Below, one piece after another: positions 1-12,500 of a DNA stretch of 64,000 bases (the first letter of the stretch is position 1; the number at the start of each line of letters is the position of its first letter). A program made the position numbers and the translations under genes. Source of the DNA: Eledone cirrhosa (lineage: Eukaryota). Under the pieces are notes generated by a model. That model had not been told where the DNA came from. It was given only the letters and a program-made list of their open reading frames with translations, and did no database searches. The stretch covers positions 13,454,001-13,518,000 of the forward strand of contig OZ024740.1 in assembly GCA_964016885.1 (NCBI GenBank), in the 5' to 3' direction.

Positions 1-540
1 AGTCAGAATGATTCTGGTAGTCAGAATGGTTCTGGTAGTCAGAATGGTGTTCTGGTAGTCAGAATGGTGTTCTGGTAGTCAGAATGGTTCTGGTAGTCAG
101 AATGGTTCTGGTAGTCAGAATGGTCTTCTGGTAGTCAGAATGGTGTTGTGGTAGTCAGAATGGTGTTCTGGTAGTCATATTGGTGTTCTGGTAGTCAGCC
201 AAAAGTTCTGTTAGTCAGACTGGTCTTCTGGTAGTCATATTGGTGTTCTGGTAGTCAGCCTGATGTTCTGGTAGACAGACTGCTGTTCTGGTAGTCAGAC
301 TGGTGTTCTGGTAGTCAGAATGGTGTTCTGGTAGTCAGCCTGATGTTCTGGTAGATAGACTGGTGTTCTGGTAGTCAGAATGGTGTTCTGGTAGTCAGCC
401 TGATGTTCTGGTAGACAGACTGGTGTTCGGGTAGTCAGACTGGTGTTCTGGTAGTCAGCCTGATGTTCTGGTAGACAGTCTGGTGTTCTGGTAGTGAGAA
501 TGGTATTCTGGTAGTCAGACTGGTGTTCTGGTAGTCAGAC

Positions 541-3500
541 TGGTGTTCTGGTAGTCAGAATTGTGTTTCTGGAAGTCAGACTGGTGTTCTGGTAGTCAGA
601 CTGCTGTTCCGGTAGTCAGAATTGTGTTCTGTTAGTCAGAATGGTGTTCTGGTAGTCAGACTGCTGTTCTGGTAGTCAGAATAGTGTTCTGCTAGTCAGA
701 ATGGTGTTCTGGTAGTCAGAATGTTGTTCTGGTAGTCAGACTGGTGTTCTGTTAGTCAGAATGGTGTTCTGGTAGTCAGCCTGATGTTCTGGTAGTCAGA
801 ATGGTATTCTGGTAGTCAGACTGGTGTTCTGGTAGTCAGACTGGTGTTCTGGTAGTCAGACTGGTGTTCCGGTAGTCAGACTGGTGTTCTGGTAGTCAGA
901 ATGGGGTTCTGGTATTCAGACTGATGTTCTGGTAGTCAGAATTGTGCTCTGGTAATCAGAATGGTGTTCTAGTAGTCAGAATGGTGTTCTGCTAGTCGGA
1001 ATGGTGTTCTGGTAGTCAGAATGGTGTTCTGGTAGTCGGAATCGTGTTCTGGTAGTCAGAATCGTGTTCTGGTAGTCAGAATGGTGTTCTGGTAGTCAGA
1101 CTGGTGTTCTGGTAGTCAGACTGGTGTTCTGGTAGTCAGAATGGTGTTCTGGTAGTCAGAATGGTGTTCTGGTAGTCAGACTGATGTTCTGGTAGTCAGA
1201 ATTGTGTTCTGGCAGTCAGAATGGTGTTCTAATAGTCAGAATGGTGTTCTGGTAGTCAGAATGGTGTTCTGGTAGTCAGAATGTTGTTCTGGTAGTCAGA
1301 ATCGTGTTCTGGTAGTCAGAATGGTGTTCTGGTAGTCAGAATGGTGTTCTGGTAGTCAGAATGGTGTTCTGGTAGTCAGACTGATGTTCTGGTAGTCAGA
1401 ATGGTGTTCTGGTAGTCCGAATAGTGTCCTGGTAGTCAGAATCGTGTTCTGGTAGTCAGAATGGTGTTCTGTTAGTCAGGATGGTGTTGTGGTAGTCAAA
1501 ATGGCGTTTTGGTAGTCAGAATGGTGTTCTGGTAGTCAGAATGGTGTTCTGGTAGTCAGACTGGTGTTCTGGTAGTCAGACTGGTGTTCTGGTAGTCAGA
1601 ATTGTGTTCTGGTAGTCAGAATGGTGTTCTGGTAGTCAGACTGCTGTTCTGGTAGTCAGAATAGTGTTCTGGTAGTCAGAATGGTGTTCTGGTAGTCAGA
1701 ATGTTGTTCTGGTAGTCAGACTGGTGTTCTGTTAGTCAGAATGGTGTTCTGGTAGTCAGCCTGATGTTCTGGTAGTCATAATGGTATTCTGGTAGTCAGA
1801 CTGGTGTTCTGTTAGTCAGACTGGTGTTCTGGTAGTCAGACTGATGTTCTGGTAGTCAGAATGGTATTCTGGTAGTCAGAATGGTGTTCTGGTAGTCAAA
1901 ATGGTGTTCTGGTAGTCAGAATGGTGTTCCGGTAGTCAGAATGGTATTCTGGTAGTCAGACTGGTGTTCTGGTAGTCTGGCTGGTGTTCTGGTAGTCAGA
2001 ATTGTGTTCTGGTAGTAAGCCTGATGTTCTGGTAGTCAGACTGGTGTTCTGGTAGTCAGAATGGTATTCTGCTAGTCAGACTGGTGTTCTGGTAGTCAGA
2101 CTGGTGTTCTGGTAGTCAGAATTGTGTTCTGGTAGTCAGACTGGTGTTCTGGTAGTCAGACTGCTGTTCTGGTAGTCAGAATAGTGTTCTGGTAGTCAGA
2201 ATTGTGTTCTGGTAGTCAGCCTGATGTTCTGGTAGTCAGACTGGTGTTCTGGTAGTCAGAATTGTGTTCTGGTAGTCAGACTGGTGTTCTGGTAGTCAGA
2301 CTGCTGTTCTGGTAGTCAGAATAGTGTTCTGGTAGTCAGAATGGTGTTCTGGTAGTCAGACTGGTGTTCTAGTAGTCAGACTGGTGTTCTGGTAGTCAGA
2401 CTGCTGTTGTGGTAGTCAGAATAGTGTTCTGGTAGTCAGAATGGTGTTCTGGTAGTCAGAATGTTGTTCTGGTAGTCAGACTGGTGTTCCGTTAGTCAGA
2501 ATGGTGTTCTGGTAGTCAGCCTGATGTTCTGGTAGTCAGAATGGTATTCTGGTAGTCAGACTGGTGTTCTGGTAGTCAGACTGGTGTTCTGGTAGTCAGA
2601 CTGGTGTTCTGGTAGTCAGACTGGTGTTCTGGTAGTCAGAATGGTGTTCTGGTAGTCAGAATGGTGTTCTGGTAGTCAGACTGATGTTCTGGTAGTCAGA
2701 ATTGTGTTCTGGCAGTCAGAATGGTGTTCTAATAGTCAGAATGGTGTTCTGGTAGTCAGAATGGTGTTCTGGTAGTCAGAATGTTGTTCTGGTAGTCAGA
2801 ATCGTGTTCTGGTAGTCAGAATGGTGTTCTGGTAGTCAGAATGGTGTTCTGGCAGTCAGACTGGTGTTCTGGTAGTCAGACTGGTGTTCTGGTAGTCAGA
2901 ATTGTGTTTCTGGAAGTCAGACTGGTGTTCTGGTAGTCAGACTGCTGTTCTGGTAGTCAGAATTGTGTTCTGGTAGTCAGAATGGTGTTCTGGTAGTCAG
3001 ACTGCTGTTCTGGTAGTCAGAATAGTGTTCTGCTAGTCAGAATGGTGTTCTGGTAGTCAGAATGTTGTTCTGGTAGTCAGACTGGTGTTCTGTTAGTCAG
3101 AATGGTGTTCTGGTAGTCAGCCTGATGTTCTGGTAGTCAGAATGGTATTCTGGTAGTCAGACTGGTGTTCTGGTAGTCAGACTGGTGTTCTGGTAGTCAG
3201 ACTGGTGTTCCGGTAGTCAGACTGGTGTTCTGGTAGTCAGAATGGGGTTCTGGTAGTCAGACTGATGTTCTGGTAGTCAGAATTGTGCTCTGGTAATCAG
3301 AATGGTGTTCTAGTATTCAGAATGGTGTTCTGCTAGTCGGAATGGTGTTCTGGTAGTCAGAATGGTGTTCTGGTAGTCAGAATCGTGTTCTGGTAGTCAG
3401 ACTGATGTTCTGGTAGTCAGAATGGTGTTCTGGTAGTCAGACTGGTGTTCTGGTAGTCAGACTGGTGTTCTGGTAGTCAGAATGGTGTTCTGGTAGTCAG

Positions 3501-6500
3501 AATGGTGTTCTGGTAGTCAGACTGATGTTCTGGTAGTCAGAATTGTGTTCTGGCAGTCAGAATGGTGTTCTAATAGTCAGAATGGTGTTCTGGTAGTCAG
3601 AATGGTGTTCTGGTAGTCAGAATGTTGTTCTGGTAGTCAGAATCGTGTTCTGGTAGTCAGAATGGTGTTCTGGTAGTCAGAATGGTGTTCTGGTAGTCAG
3701 AATGGTGTTCTGGTAGTCAGACTGATGTTCTGGTAGTCAGAATGGTGTTCTGGTAGTCGGAATCGTGTTCTGGTAGTCAGAATCGTGTTCTGGTAGTCAG
3801 AATGGTGTTCTGGTAGTCAGACTGGTGTTCTGGTAGTCAGACTGGTGTTCTGGTAGTCAGAATGGTGTTCTGGTAGTCAGAATGGTGTTCTGGTAGTCAG
3901 ACTGATGTTCTGGTAGTCAGAATTGTGTTCAGGCAGTCAGAATGGTGTTCTAATAGTCAGAATGGTGTTCTGGTAGTCAGAATGGTGTTCTGGTAGTCAG
4001 AATGTTGTTCTGGTAGTCAGAATCGTGTTCTGGTAGTCAGAATGGTGTTCTGGTAGTCAGAATGGTGTTCTGGTAGTCAGAATGGTGTTCTGGTAGTCAG
4101 ACTGATGTTCTGGTAGTCAGAATGGTGTTCTGGTAGTCCGAATAGTGTCCTGGTAGTCAGAATCGTGTTCTGGTAGTCAGAATGGTGTTCTGTTAGTCAG
4201 GATGGTGTTGTGGTAGTCAAAATGGTGTTTTGGTAGTCAGAATGGTGTTCTGGTAGTCAGAATGGTGTTCTGGTAGTCAGACTGGTGTTCTGGTAGTCAG
4301 ACTGGTGTTCTGGTAGTCAGAATTGTGTTCTGGTAGTCAGAATGGTGTTCTGGTAGTCAGACTGCTGTTCTGGTAGTCAGAATAGTGTTCTGCTAGTCAG
4401 AATGGTGTTCTGGTAGTCAGAATGTTGTTCTGGTAGTCAGACTGGTGTTCTGTTAGTCAGAATGGTGTTCTGGTAGTCAGCCTGATGTTCTGGTAGTCAT
4501 AATGGTATTCTGGTAGTCAGACTGGTGTTCTGTTAGTCAGACTGGTGTTCTGGTAGTCAGACTGATGTTCTGGTAGTCAGAATGGTATTCTGGTAGTCAG
4601 AATGGTGTTCTGGTAGTCAGGATGGTGTTGTGGTAGTCAAAATGGAGTTTTGGTAGTCAGAATGGTGTTCTGGTAGTCAGAATGGTGTTCTGGTAGTCAG
4701 ACTGGTGTTCTGGTAGTCAGACTGGTGTTCTGGTAGTCAGAATTGTGTTCTGGTAGTCAGAATGGTGTTCTGGTAGTCAGACTGCTGTTCTGGTAGTCAG
4801 AATAGTGTTCTGGTAGTCAGAATGGTGTTCTGGTAGTCAGAATGTTGTTCTGGTAGTCAGACTGGTGTTCTGTTAGTCAGAATGGTGTTCTGGTAGTCAG
4901 CCTGATGTTCTGGTAGTCATAATGGTATTCTGGTAGTCAGACTGGTGTTCTGTTAGTCAGACTGGTGTTCTGGTAGTCAGACTGATGTTCTGGTAGTCAG
5001 AATGGTATTCTGGTAGTCAGAATGGTGTTCTGGTAGTCAAAATGGTGTTCTGGTAGTCAGAATGGTGTTCCGGTAGTCAGAATGGTATTCTGGTAGTCTG
5101 ACTGGTGTTCTGGTAGTCAGAATTGTGTTCTGGTAGTAAGCCTGATGTTCTGGTAGTCAGACTGGTGTTCTGGTAGTCAGAATGGTATTCTGCTAGTCAG
5201 ACTGGTGTTCTGGTAGTCAGACTGGTGTTCTGGTAGTCAGAATTGTGTTCTGGTAGTCAGACTGGTGTTCTGGTAGTCAGACTGCTGTTCTGGTAGTCAG
5301 AATAGTGTTCTGGTAGTCAGAATTGTGTTCTGGTAGTCAGCCTGATGTTCTGGTAGTCAGACTGGTGTTCTGGTAGTCAGAATTGTGTTCTGGTAGTCAG
5401 ACTGGTGTTCTGGTAGTCAGACTGCTGTTCTGGTAGTCAGAATAGTGTTCTGGTAGTCAGAATCGTGTTCTGGTAGTCAGAATGGTGTTCTGGTAGTCAG
5501 AATGGTGTTCTGGCAGTCAGACTGGTGTTCTGGTAGTCAGACTGGTGTTCTGGTAGTCAGAATTGTGTTTCTGGAAGTCAGACTGGTGTTCTGGTAGTCA
5601 GACTGCTGTTCTGGTAGTCAGAATTGTGTTCTGGTAGTCAGAATGGTGTTCTGGTAGTCAGACTGCTGTTCTGGTAGTCAGAATAGTGTTCTGCTAGTCA
5701 GAATGGTGTTCTGGTAGTCAGAATGTTGTTCTGGTAGTCAGACTGGTGTTCTGTTAGTCAGAATGGTGTTCTGGTAGTCAGCCTGATGTTCTGGTAGTCA
5801 GAATGGTATTCTGGTAGTCAGACTGGTGTTCTGGTAGTCAGACTGGTGTTCTGGTAGTCAGACTGGTGTTCCGGTAGTCAGACTGGTGTTCTGGTAGTCA
5901 GAATGGGGTTCTGGTAGTCAGACTGATGTTCTGGTAGTCAGAATTGTGCTCTGGTAATCAGAATGGTGTTCTAGTATTCAGAATGGTGTTCTGCTAGTCG
6001 GAATGGTGTTCTGGTAGTCAGAATGGTGTTCTGGTAGTCAGAATCGTGTTCTGGTAGTCAGACTGATGTTCTGGTAGTCAGAATGGTGTTCTGGTAGTCA
6101 GACTGGTGTTCTGGTAGTCAGACTGGTGTTCTGGTAGTCAGAATGGTGTTCTGGTAGTCAGAATGGTGTTCTGGTAGTCAGACTGATGTTCTGGTAGTCA
6201 GAATTGTGTTCTGGCAGTCAGAATGGTGTTCTAATAGTCAGAATGGTGTTCTGGTAGTCAGAATGGTGTTCTGGTAGTCAGAATGTTGTTCTGGTAGTCA
6301 GACTGATGTTCTGGTAGTCAGAATTGTGTTCTGGCAGTCAGAATGGTGTTCTAATAGTCAGAATGGTGTTCTGGTAGTCAGAATGGTGTTCTGGTAGTCA
6401 GAATGTTGTTCTGGTAGTCAGAATCGTGTTCTGGTAGTCAGAATGGTGTTCTGGTAGTCAGAATGGTGTTCTGGTAGTCAGAATGGTGTTCTGGTAGTCA

Positions 6501-9500
6501 GACTGATGTTCTGGTAGTCAGAATGGTGTTCTGGTAGTCCGAATAGTGTCCTGGTAGTCAGAATCGTGTTCTGGTAGTCAGAATGGTGTTCTGTTAGTCA
6601 GGATGGTGTTGTGGTAGTCAAAATGGTGTTTTGGTAGTCAGAATGGTGTTCTGGTAGTCAGAATGGTGTTCTGGTAGTCAGACTGGTGTTCTGGTAGTCA
6701 GACTGCTGTTCTGGTAGTCAGAATAGTGTTCTGGTAGTCAGAATGGTGTTCTGGTAGTCAGAATGTTGTTCTGGTAGTCAGACTGGTGTTCTGTTAGTCA
6801 GAATGGTGTTCTGGTAGTCAGCCTGATGTTCTGGTAGTCATAATGGTATTCTGGTAGTCAGACTGGTGTTCTGTTAGTCAGACTGGTGTTCTGGTAGTCA
6901 GACTGATGTTCTGGTAGTCAGAATGGTATTCTGGTAGTCAGAATGGTGTTCTGGTAGTCAGGATGGTGTTGTGGTAGTCAAAATGGAGTTTTGGTAGTCA
7001 GAATGGTGTTCTGGTAGTCAGAATGGTGTTCTGGTAGTCAGACTGGTGTTCTGGTAGTCAGACTGGTGTTCTGGTAGTCAGAATTGTGTTCTGGTAGTCA
7101 GAATGGTGTTCTGGTAGTCAGACTGCTGTTCTGGTAGTCAGAATAGTGTTCTGGTAGTCAGAATGGTGTTCTGGTAGTCAGAATGTTGTTCTGGTAGTCA
7201 GACTGGTGTTCTGTTAGTCAGAATGGTGTTCTGGTAGTCAGCCTGATGTTCTGGTAGTCATAATGGTATTCTGGTAGTCAGACTGGTGTTCTGTTAGTCA
7301 GACTGGTGTTCTGGTAGTCAGACTGATGTTCTGGTAGTCAGAATGGTATTCTGGTAGTCAGAATGGTGTTCTGGTAGTCAAAATGGTGTTCTGGTAGTCA
7401 GAATGGTGTTCCGGTAGTCAGAATGGTATTCTGGTAGTCTGACTGGTGTTCTGGTAGTCAGAATTGTGTTCTGGTAGTAAGCCTGATGTTCTGGTAGTCA
7501 GACTGGTGTTCTGGTAGTCAGAATGGTATTCTGCTAGTCAGACTGGTGTTCTGGTAGTCAGACTGGTGTTCTGGTAGTCAGAATTGTGTTCTGGTAGTCA
7601 GACTGGTGTTCTGGTAGTCAGACTGCTGTTCTGGTAGTCAGAATAGTGTTCTGGTAGTCAGAATTGTGTTCTGGTAGTCAGCCTGATGTTCTGGTAGTCA
7701 GACTGGTGTTCTGGTAGTCAGAATTGTGTTCTGGTAGTCAGACTGGTGTTCTGGTAGTCAGACTGCTGTTCTGGTAGTCAGAATAGTGTTCTGGTAGTCA
7801 GAATGGTGTTCTGGTAGTCAGAGTGGTGTTCTGGTAGTCAGACTGGTGTTCTGGTAGTCAGACTGCTGTTGTGGTAGTCAGAATAGTGTTCTGGTAGTCA
7901 GAATGGTGTTCTGGTAGTCAGAATGTTGTTCTGGTAGTCAGACTGGTGTTCTGTTAGTCAGAATGGTGTTCTGGTAGTCAGCCTGATGTTCTGGTAGTCA
8001 GAATGGTATTCTGGTAGTCAGACTGGTGTTCTGGTAGTCAGACTGGTGTTCTGGTAGTCAGACTGGTGTTCTGGTAGTCAGACTGGTGTTCTGGTAGTCA
8101 GAATGGTGTTCTGGTAGTCAGAATGGTGTTCTGGTAGTCAGACTGATGTTCTGGTAGTCAGAATTGTGTTCTGGCAGTCAGAATGGTGTTCTAATAGTCA
8201 GAATGGTGTTCTGGTAGTCAGAATGGTGTTCTGGTAGTCAGAATGTTGTTCTGGTAGTCAGAATCGTGTTCTGGTAGTCAGAATGGTGTTCTGGTAGTCA
8301 GAATGGTGTTCTGGTAGTCAGACTGGTGTTCTGGTAGTCAGACTGGTGTTCTGGTAGTCAGAATTGTGTTTCTGGAAGTCAGACTGGTGTTCTGGTAGTC
8401 AGACTGCTGTTCTGGTAGTCAGAATTGTGTTCTGGTAGTCAGAATGGTGTTCTGGTAGTCAGACTGCTGTTCTGGTAGTCAGAATAGTGTTCTGCTAGTC
8501 AGAATGGTGTTCTGGTAGTCAGAATGTTGTTCTGGTAGTCAGACTGGTGTTCTGTTAGTCAGAATGGTGTTCTGGTAGTCAGCCTGATGTTCTGGTAGTC
8601 AGAATGGTATTCTGGTAGTCAGACTGGTGTTCTGGTAGTCAGACTGGTGTTCTGGTAGTCAGACTGGTGTTCCGGTAGTCAGACTGGTGTTCTGGTAGTC
8701 AGAATGGGGTTCTGGTAGTCAGACTGATGTTCTGGTAGTCAGAATTGTGCTCTGGTAATCAGAATGGTGTTCTAGTATTCAGAATGGTGTTCTGCTAGTC
8801 GGAATGGTGTTCTGGTAGTCAGAATGGTGTTCTGGTAGTCAGAATCGTGTTCTGGTAGTCAGACTGATGTTCTGGTAGTCAGAATGGTGTTCTGGTAGTC
8901 AGACTGGTGTTCTGGTAGTCAGACTGGTGTTCTGGTAGTCAGAATGGTGTTCTGGTAGTCAGAATGGTGTTCTGGTAGTCAGACTGATGTTCTGGTAGTC
9001 AGAATTGTGTTCTGGCAGTCAGAATGGTGTTCTAATAGTCAGAATGGTGTTCTGGTAGTCAGAATGGTGTTCTGGTAGTCAGAATGTTGTTCTGGTAGTC
9101 AGAATCGTGTTCTGGTAGTCAGAATGGTGTTCTGGTAGTCAGAATGGTGTTCTGGTAGTCAGAATGGTGTTCTGGTAGTCAGACTGATGTTCTGGTAGTC
9201 AGAATGGTGTTCTGGTAGTCGGAATCGTGTTCTGGTAGTCAGAATCGTGTTCTGGTAGTCAGAATGGTGTTCTGGTAGTCAGACTGGTGTTCTGGTAGTC
9301 AGACTGGTGTTCTGGTAGTCAGAATGGTGTTCTGGTAGTCAGAATGGTGTTCTGGTAGTCAGACTGATGTTCTGGTAGTCAGAATTGTGTTCTGGCAGTC
9401 AGAATGGTGTTCTAATAGTCAGAATGGTGTTCTGGTAGTCAGAATGGTGTTCTGGTAGTCAGAATGTTGTTCTGGTAGTCAGAATCGTGTTCTGGTAGTC

Positions 9501-12500
9501 AGAATGGTGTTCTGGTAGTCAGAATGGTGTTCTGGTAGTCAGACTGATGTTCTGGTAGTCAGAATGGTGTTCTGGTAGTCCGAATAGTGTCCTGGTAGTC
9601 AGAATCGTGTTCTGGTAGTCAGAATGGTGTTCTGTTAGTCAGGATGGTGTTGTGGTAGTCAAAATGGTGTTTTGGTAGTCAGAATGGTGTTCTGGTAGTC
9701 AGAATGGTGTTCTGGTAGTCAGACTGGTGTTCTGGTAGTCAGACTGGTGTTCTGGTAGTCAGAATTGTGTTCTGGTAGTCAGAATGGTGTTCTGGTAGTC
9801 AGACTGCTGTTCTGGTAGTCAGAATAGTGTTCTGGTAGTCAGAATGGTGTTCTGGTAGTCAGAATGTTGTTCTGGTAGTCAGACTGGTGTTCTGTTAGTC
9901 ACAATGGTGTTCTGGTAGTCAGCCTGATGTTCTGGTAGTCATAATGGTATTCTGGTAGTCAGACTGGTGTTCTGTTAGTCAGACTGGTGTTCTGGTAGTC
10001 AGACTGATGTTCTGGTAGTCAGAATGGTATTCTGGTAGTCAGAATGGTGTTCTGGTAGTCAGGATGGTGTTGTGGTAGTCAAAATGGAGTTTTGGTAGTC
10101 AGAATGGTGTTCTGGTAGTCAGAATGGTGTTCTGGTAGTCAGACTGGTGTTCTGGTAGTCAGACTGGTGTTCTGGTAGTCAGAATTGTGTTCTGGTAGTC
10201 AGAATGGTGTTCTGGTAGTCAGACTGCTGTTCTGGTAGTCAGAATAGTGTTCTGGTAGTCAGAATGGTGTTCTGGTAGTCAGAATGTTGTTCTGGTAGTC
10301 AGACTGGTGTTCTGTTAGTCAGAATGGTGTTCTGGTAGTCAGCCTGATGTTCTGGTAGTCATAATGGTATTCTGGTAGTCAGACTGGTGTTCTGTTAGTC
10401 AGACTGGTGTTCTGGTAGTCAGACTGATGTTCTGGTAGTCAGAATGGTATTCTGGTAGTCAGAATGGTGTTCTGGTAGTCAAAATGGTGTTCTGGTAGTC
10501 AGAATGGTGTTCCGGTAGTCAGAATGGTATTCTGGTAGTCAGACTGGTGTTCTGGTAGTCAGAATTGTGTTCTGGTAGTCAGACTGGTGTTCTGGTAGTC
10601 AGACTGCTGTTCTGGTAGTCAGAATAGTGTTCTGGTAGTCAGAATTGTGTTCTGGTAGTCAGCCTGATGTTCTGGTAGTCAGACTGGTGTTCTGGTAGTC
10701 AGAATTGTGTTCTGGTAGTCAGACTGGTGTTCTGGTAGTCAGACTGCTGTTCTGGTAGTCAGAATAGTGTTCTGGTAGTCAGAATGGTGTTCTGGTAGTC
10801 AGAGTGGTGTTCTGGTAGTCAGACTGGTGTTCTGGTAGTCAGACTGCTGTTGTGGTAGTCAGAATAGTGTTCTGGTAGTCAGAATGGTGTTCTGGTAGTC
10901 AGAATGTTGTTCTGGTAGTCAGACTGGTGTTCTGTTAGTCAGAATGGTGTTCTGGTAGTCAGCCTGATGTTCTGGTAGTCAGAATGGTATTCTGGTAGTC
11001 AGACTGGTGTTCTGGTAGTCAGACTGGTGTTCTGGTAGTCAGACTGGTGTTCTGGTAGTCAGACTGGTGTTCTGGTAGTCAGAATGGTGTTCTGGTAGTC
11101 AGGATGGTGTTGTGGTAGTCAAAATGGAGTTTTGGTAGTCAGAATGGTGTTCTGGTAGTCAGAATGGTGTTCTGGTAGTCAGACTGGTGTTCTGGTAGTC
11201 AGACTGGTGTTCTGGTAGTCAGAATTGTGTTCTGGTAGTCAGAATGGTGTTCTGGTAGTCAGACTGCTGTTCTGGTAGTCAGAATAGTGTTCTGGTAGTC
11301 AGAATGGTGTTCTGGTAGTCAGAATGTTGTTCTGGTAGTCAGACTGGTGTTCTGTTAGTCAGAATGGTGTTCTGGTAGTCAGCCTGATGTTCTGGTAGTC
11401 ATAATGGTATTCTGGTAGTCAGACTGGTGTTCTGTTAGTCAGACTGGTGTTCTGGTAGTCAGACTGATGTTCTGGTAGTCAGAATGGTATTCTGGTAGTC
11501 AGAATGGTGTTCTGGTAGTCAAAATGGTGTTCTGGTAGTCAGAATGGTGTTCCGGTAGTCAGAATGGTATTCTGGTAGTCTGACTGGTGTTCTGGTAGTC
11601 AGAATTGTGTTCTGGTAGTAAGCCTGATGTTCTGGTAGTCAGACTGGTGTTCTGGTAGTCAGAATGGTATTCTGCTAGTCAGACTGGTGTTCTGGTAGTC
11701 AGACTGGTGTTCTGGTAGTCAGAATTGTGTTCTGGTAGTCAGACTGGTGTTCTGGTAGTCAGACTGCTGTTCTGGTAGTCAGAATAGTGTTCTGGTAGTC
11801 AGAATTGTGTTCTGGTAGTCAGCCTGATGTTCTGGTAGTCAGACTGGTGTTCTGGTAGTCAGAATTGTGTTCTGGTAGTCAGACTGGTGTTCTGGTAGTC
11901 AGACTGCTGTTCTGGTAGTCAGAATAGTGTTCTGGTAGTCAGAATGGTGTTCTGGTAGTCAGAGTGGTGTTCTGGTAGTCAGACTGGTGTTCTGGTAGTC
12001 AGACTGCTGTTGTGGTAGTCAGAATAGTGTTCTGGTAGTCAGAATGGTGTTCTGGTAGTCAGAATGTTGTTCTGGTAGTCAGACTGGTGTTCTGTTAGTC
12101 AGAATGGTGTTCTGGTAGTCAGCCTGATGTTCTGGTAGTCAGAATGGTATTCTGGTAGTCAGACTGGTGTTCTGGTAGTCAGACTGGTGTTCTGGTAGTC
12201 AGACTGGTGTTCTGGTAGTCAGACTGGTGTTCTGGTAGTCAGAATGGTGTTCTGGTAGTCAGAATGGTGTTCTGGTAGTCAGACTGATGTTCTGGTAGTC
12301 AGAATTGTGTTCTGGCAGTCAGAATGGTGTTCTAATAGTCAGAATGGTGTTCTGGTAGTCAGAATGGTGTTCTGGTAGTCAGAATGTTGTTCTGGTAGTC
12401 AGAATCGTGTTCTGGTAGTCAGAATGGTGTTCTGGTAGTCAGAATGGTGTTCTGGTAGTCAGACTGGTGTTCTGGTAGTCAGACTGGTGTTCTGGTAGTC

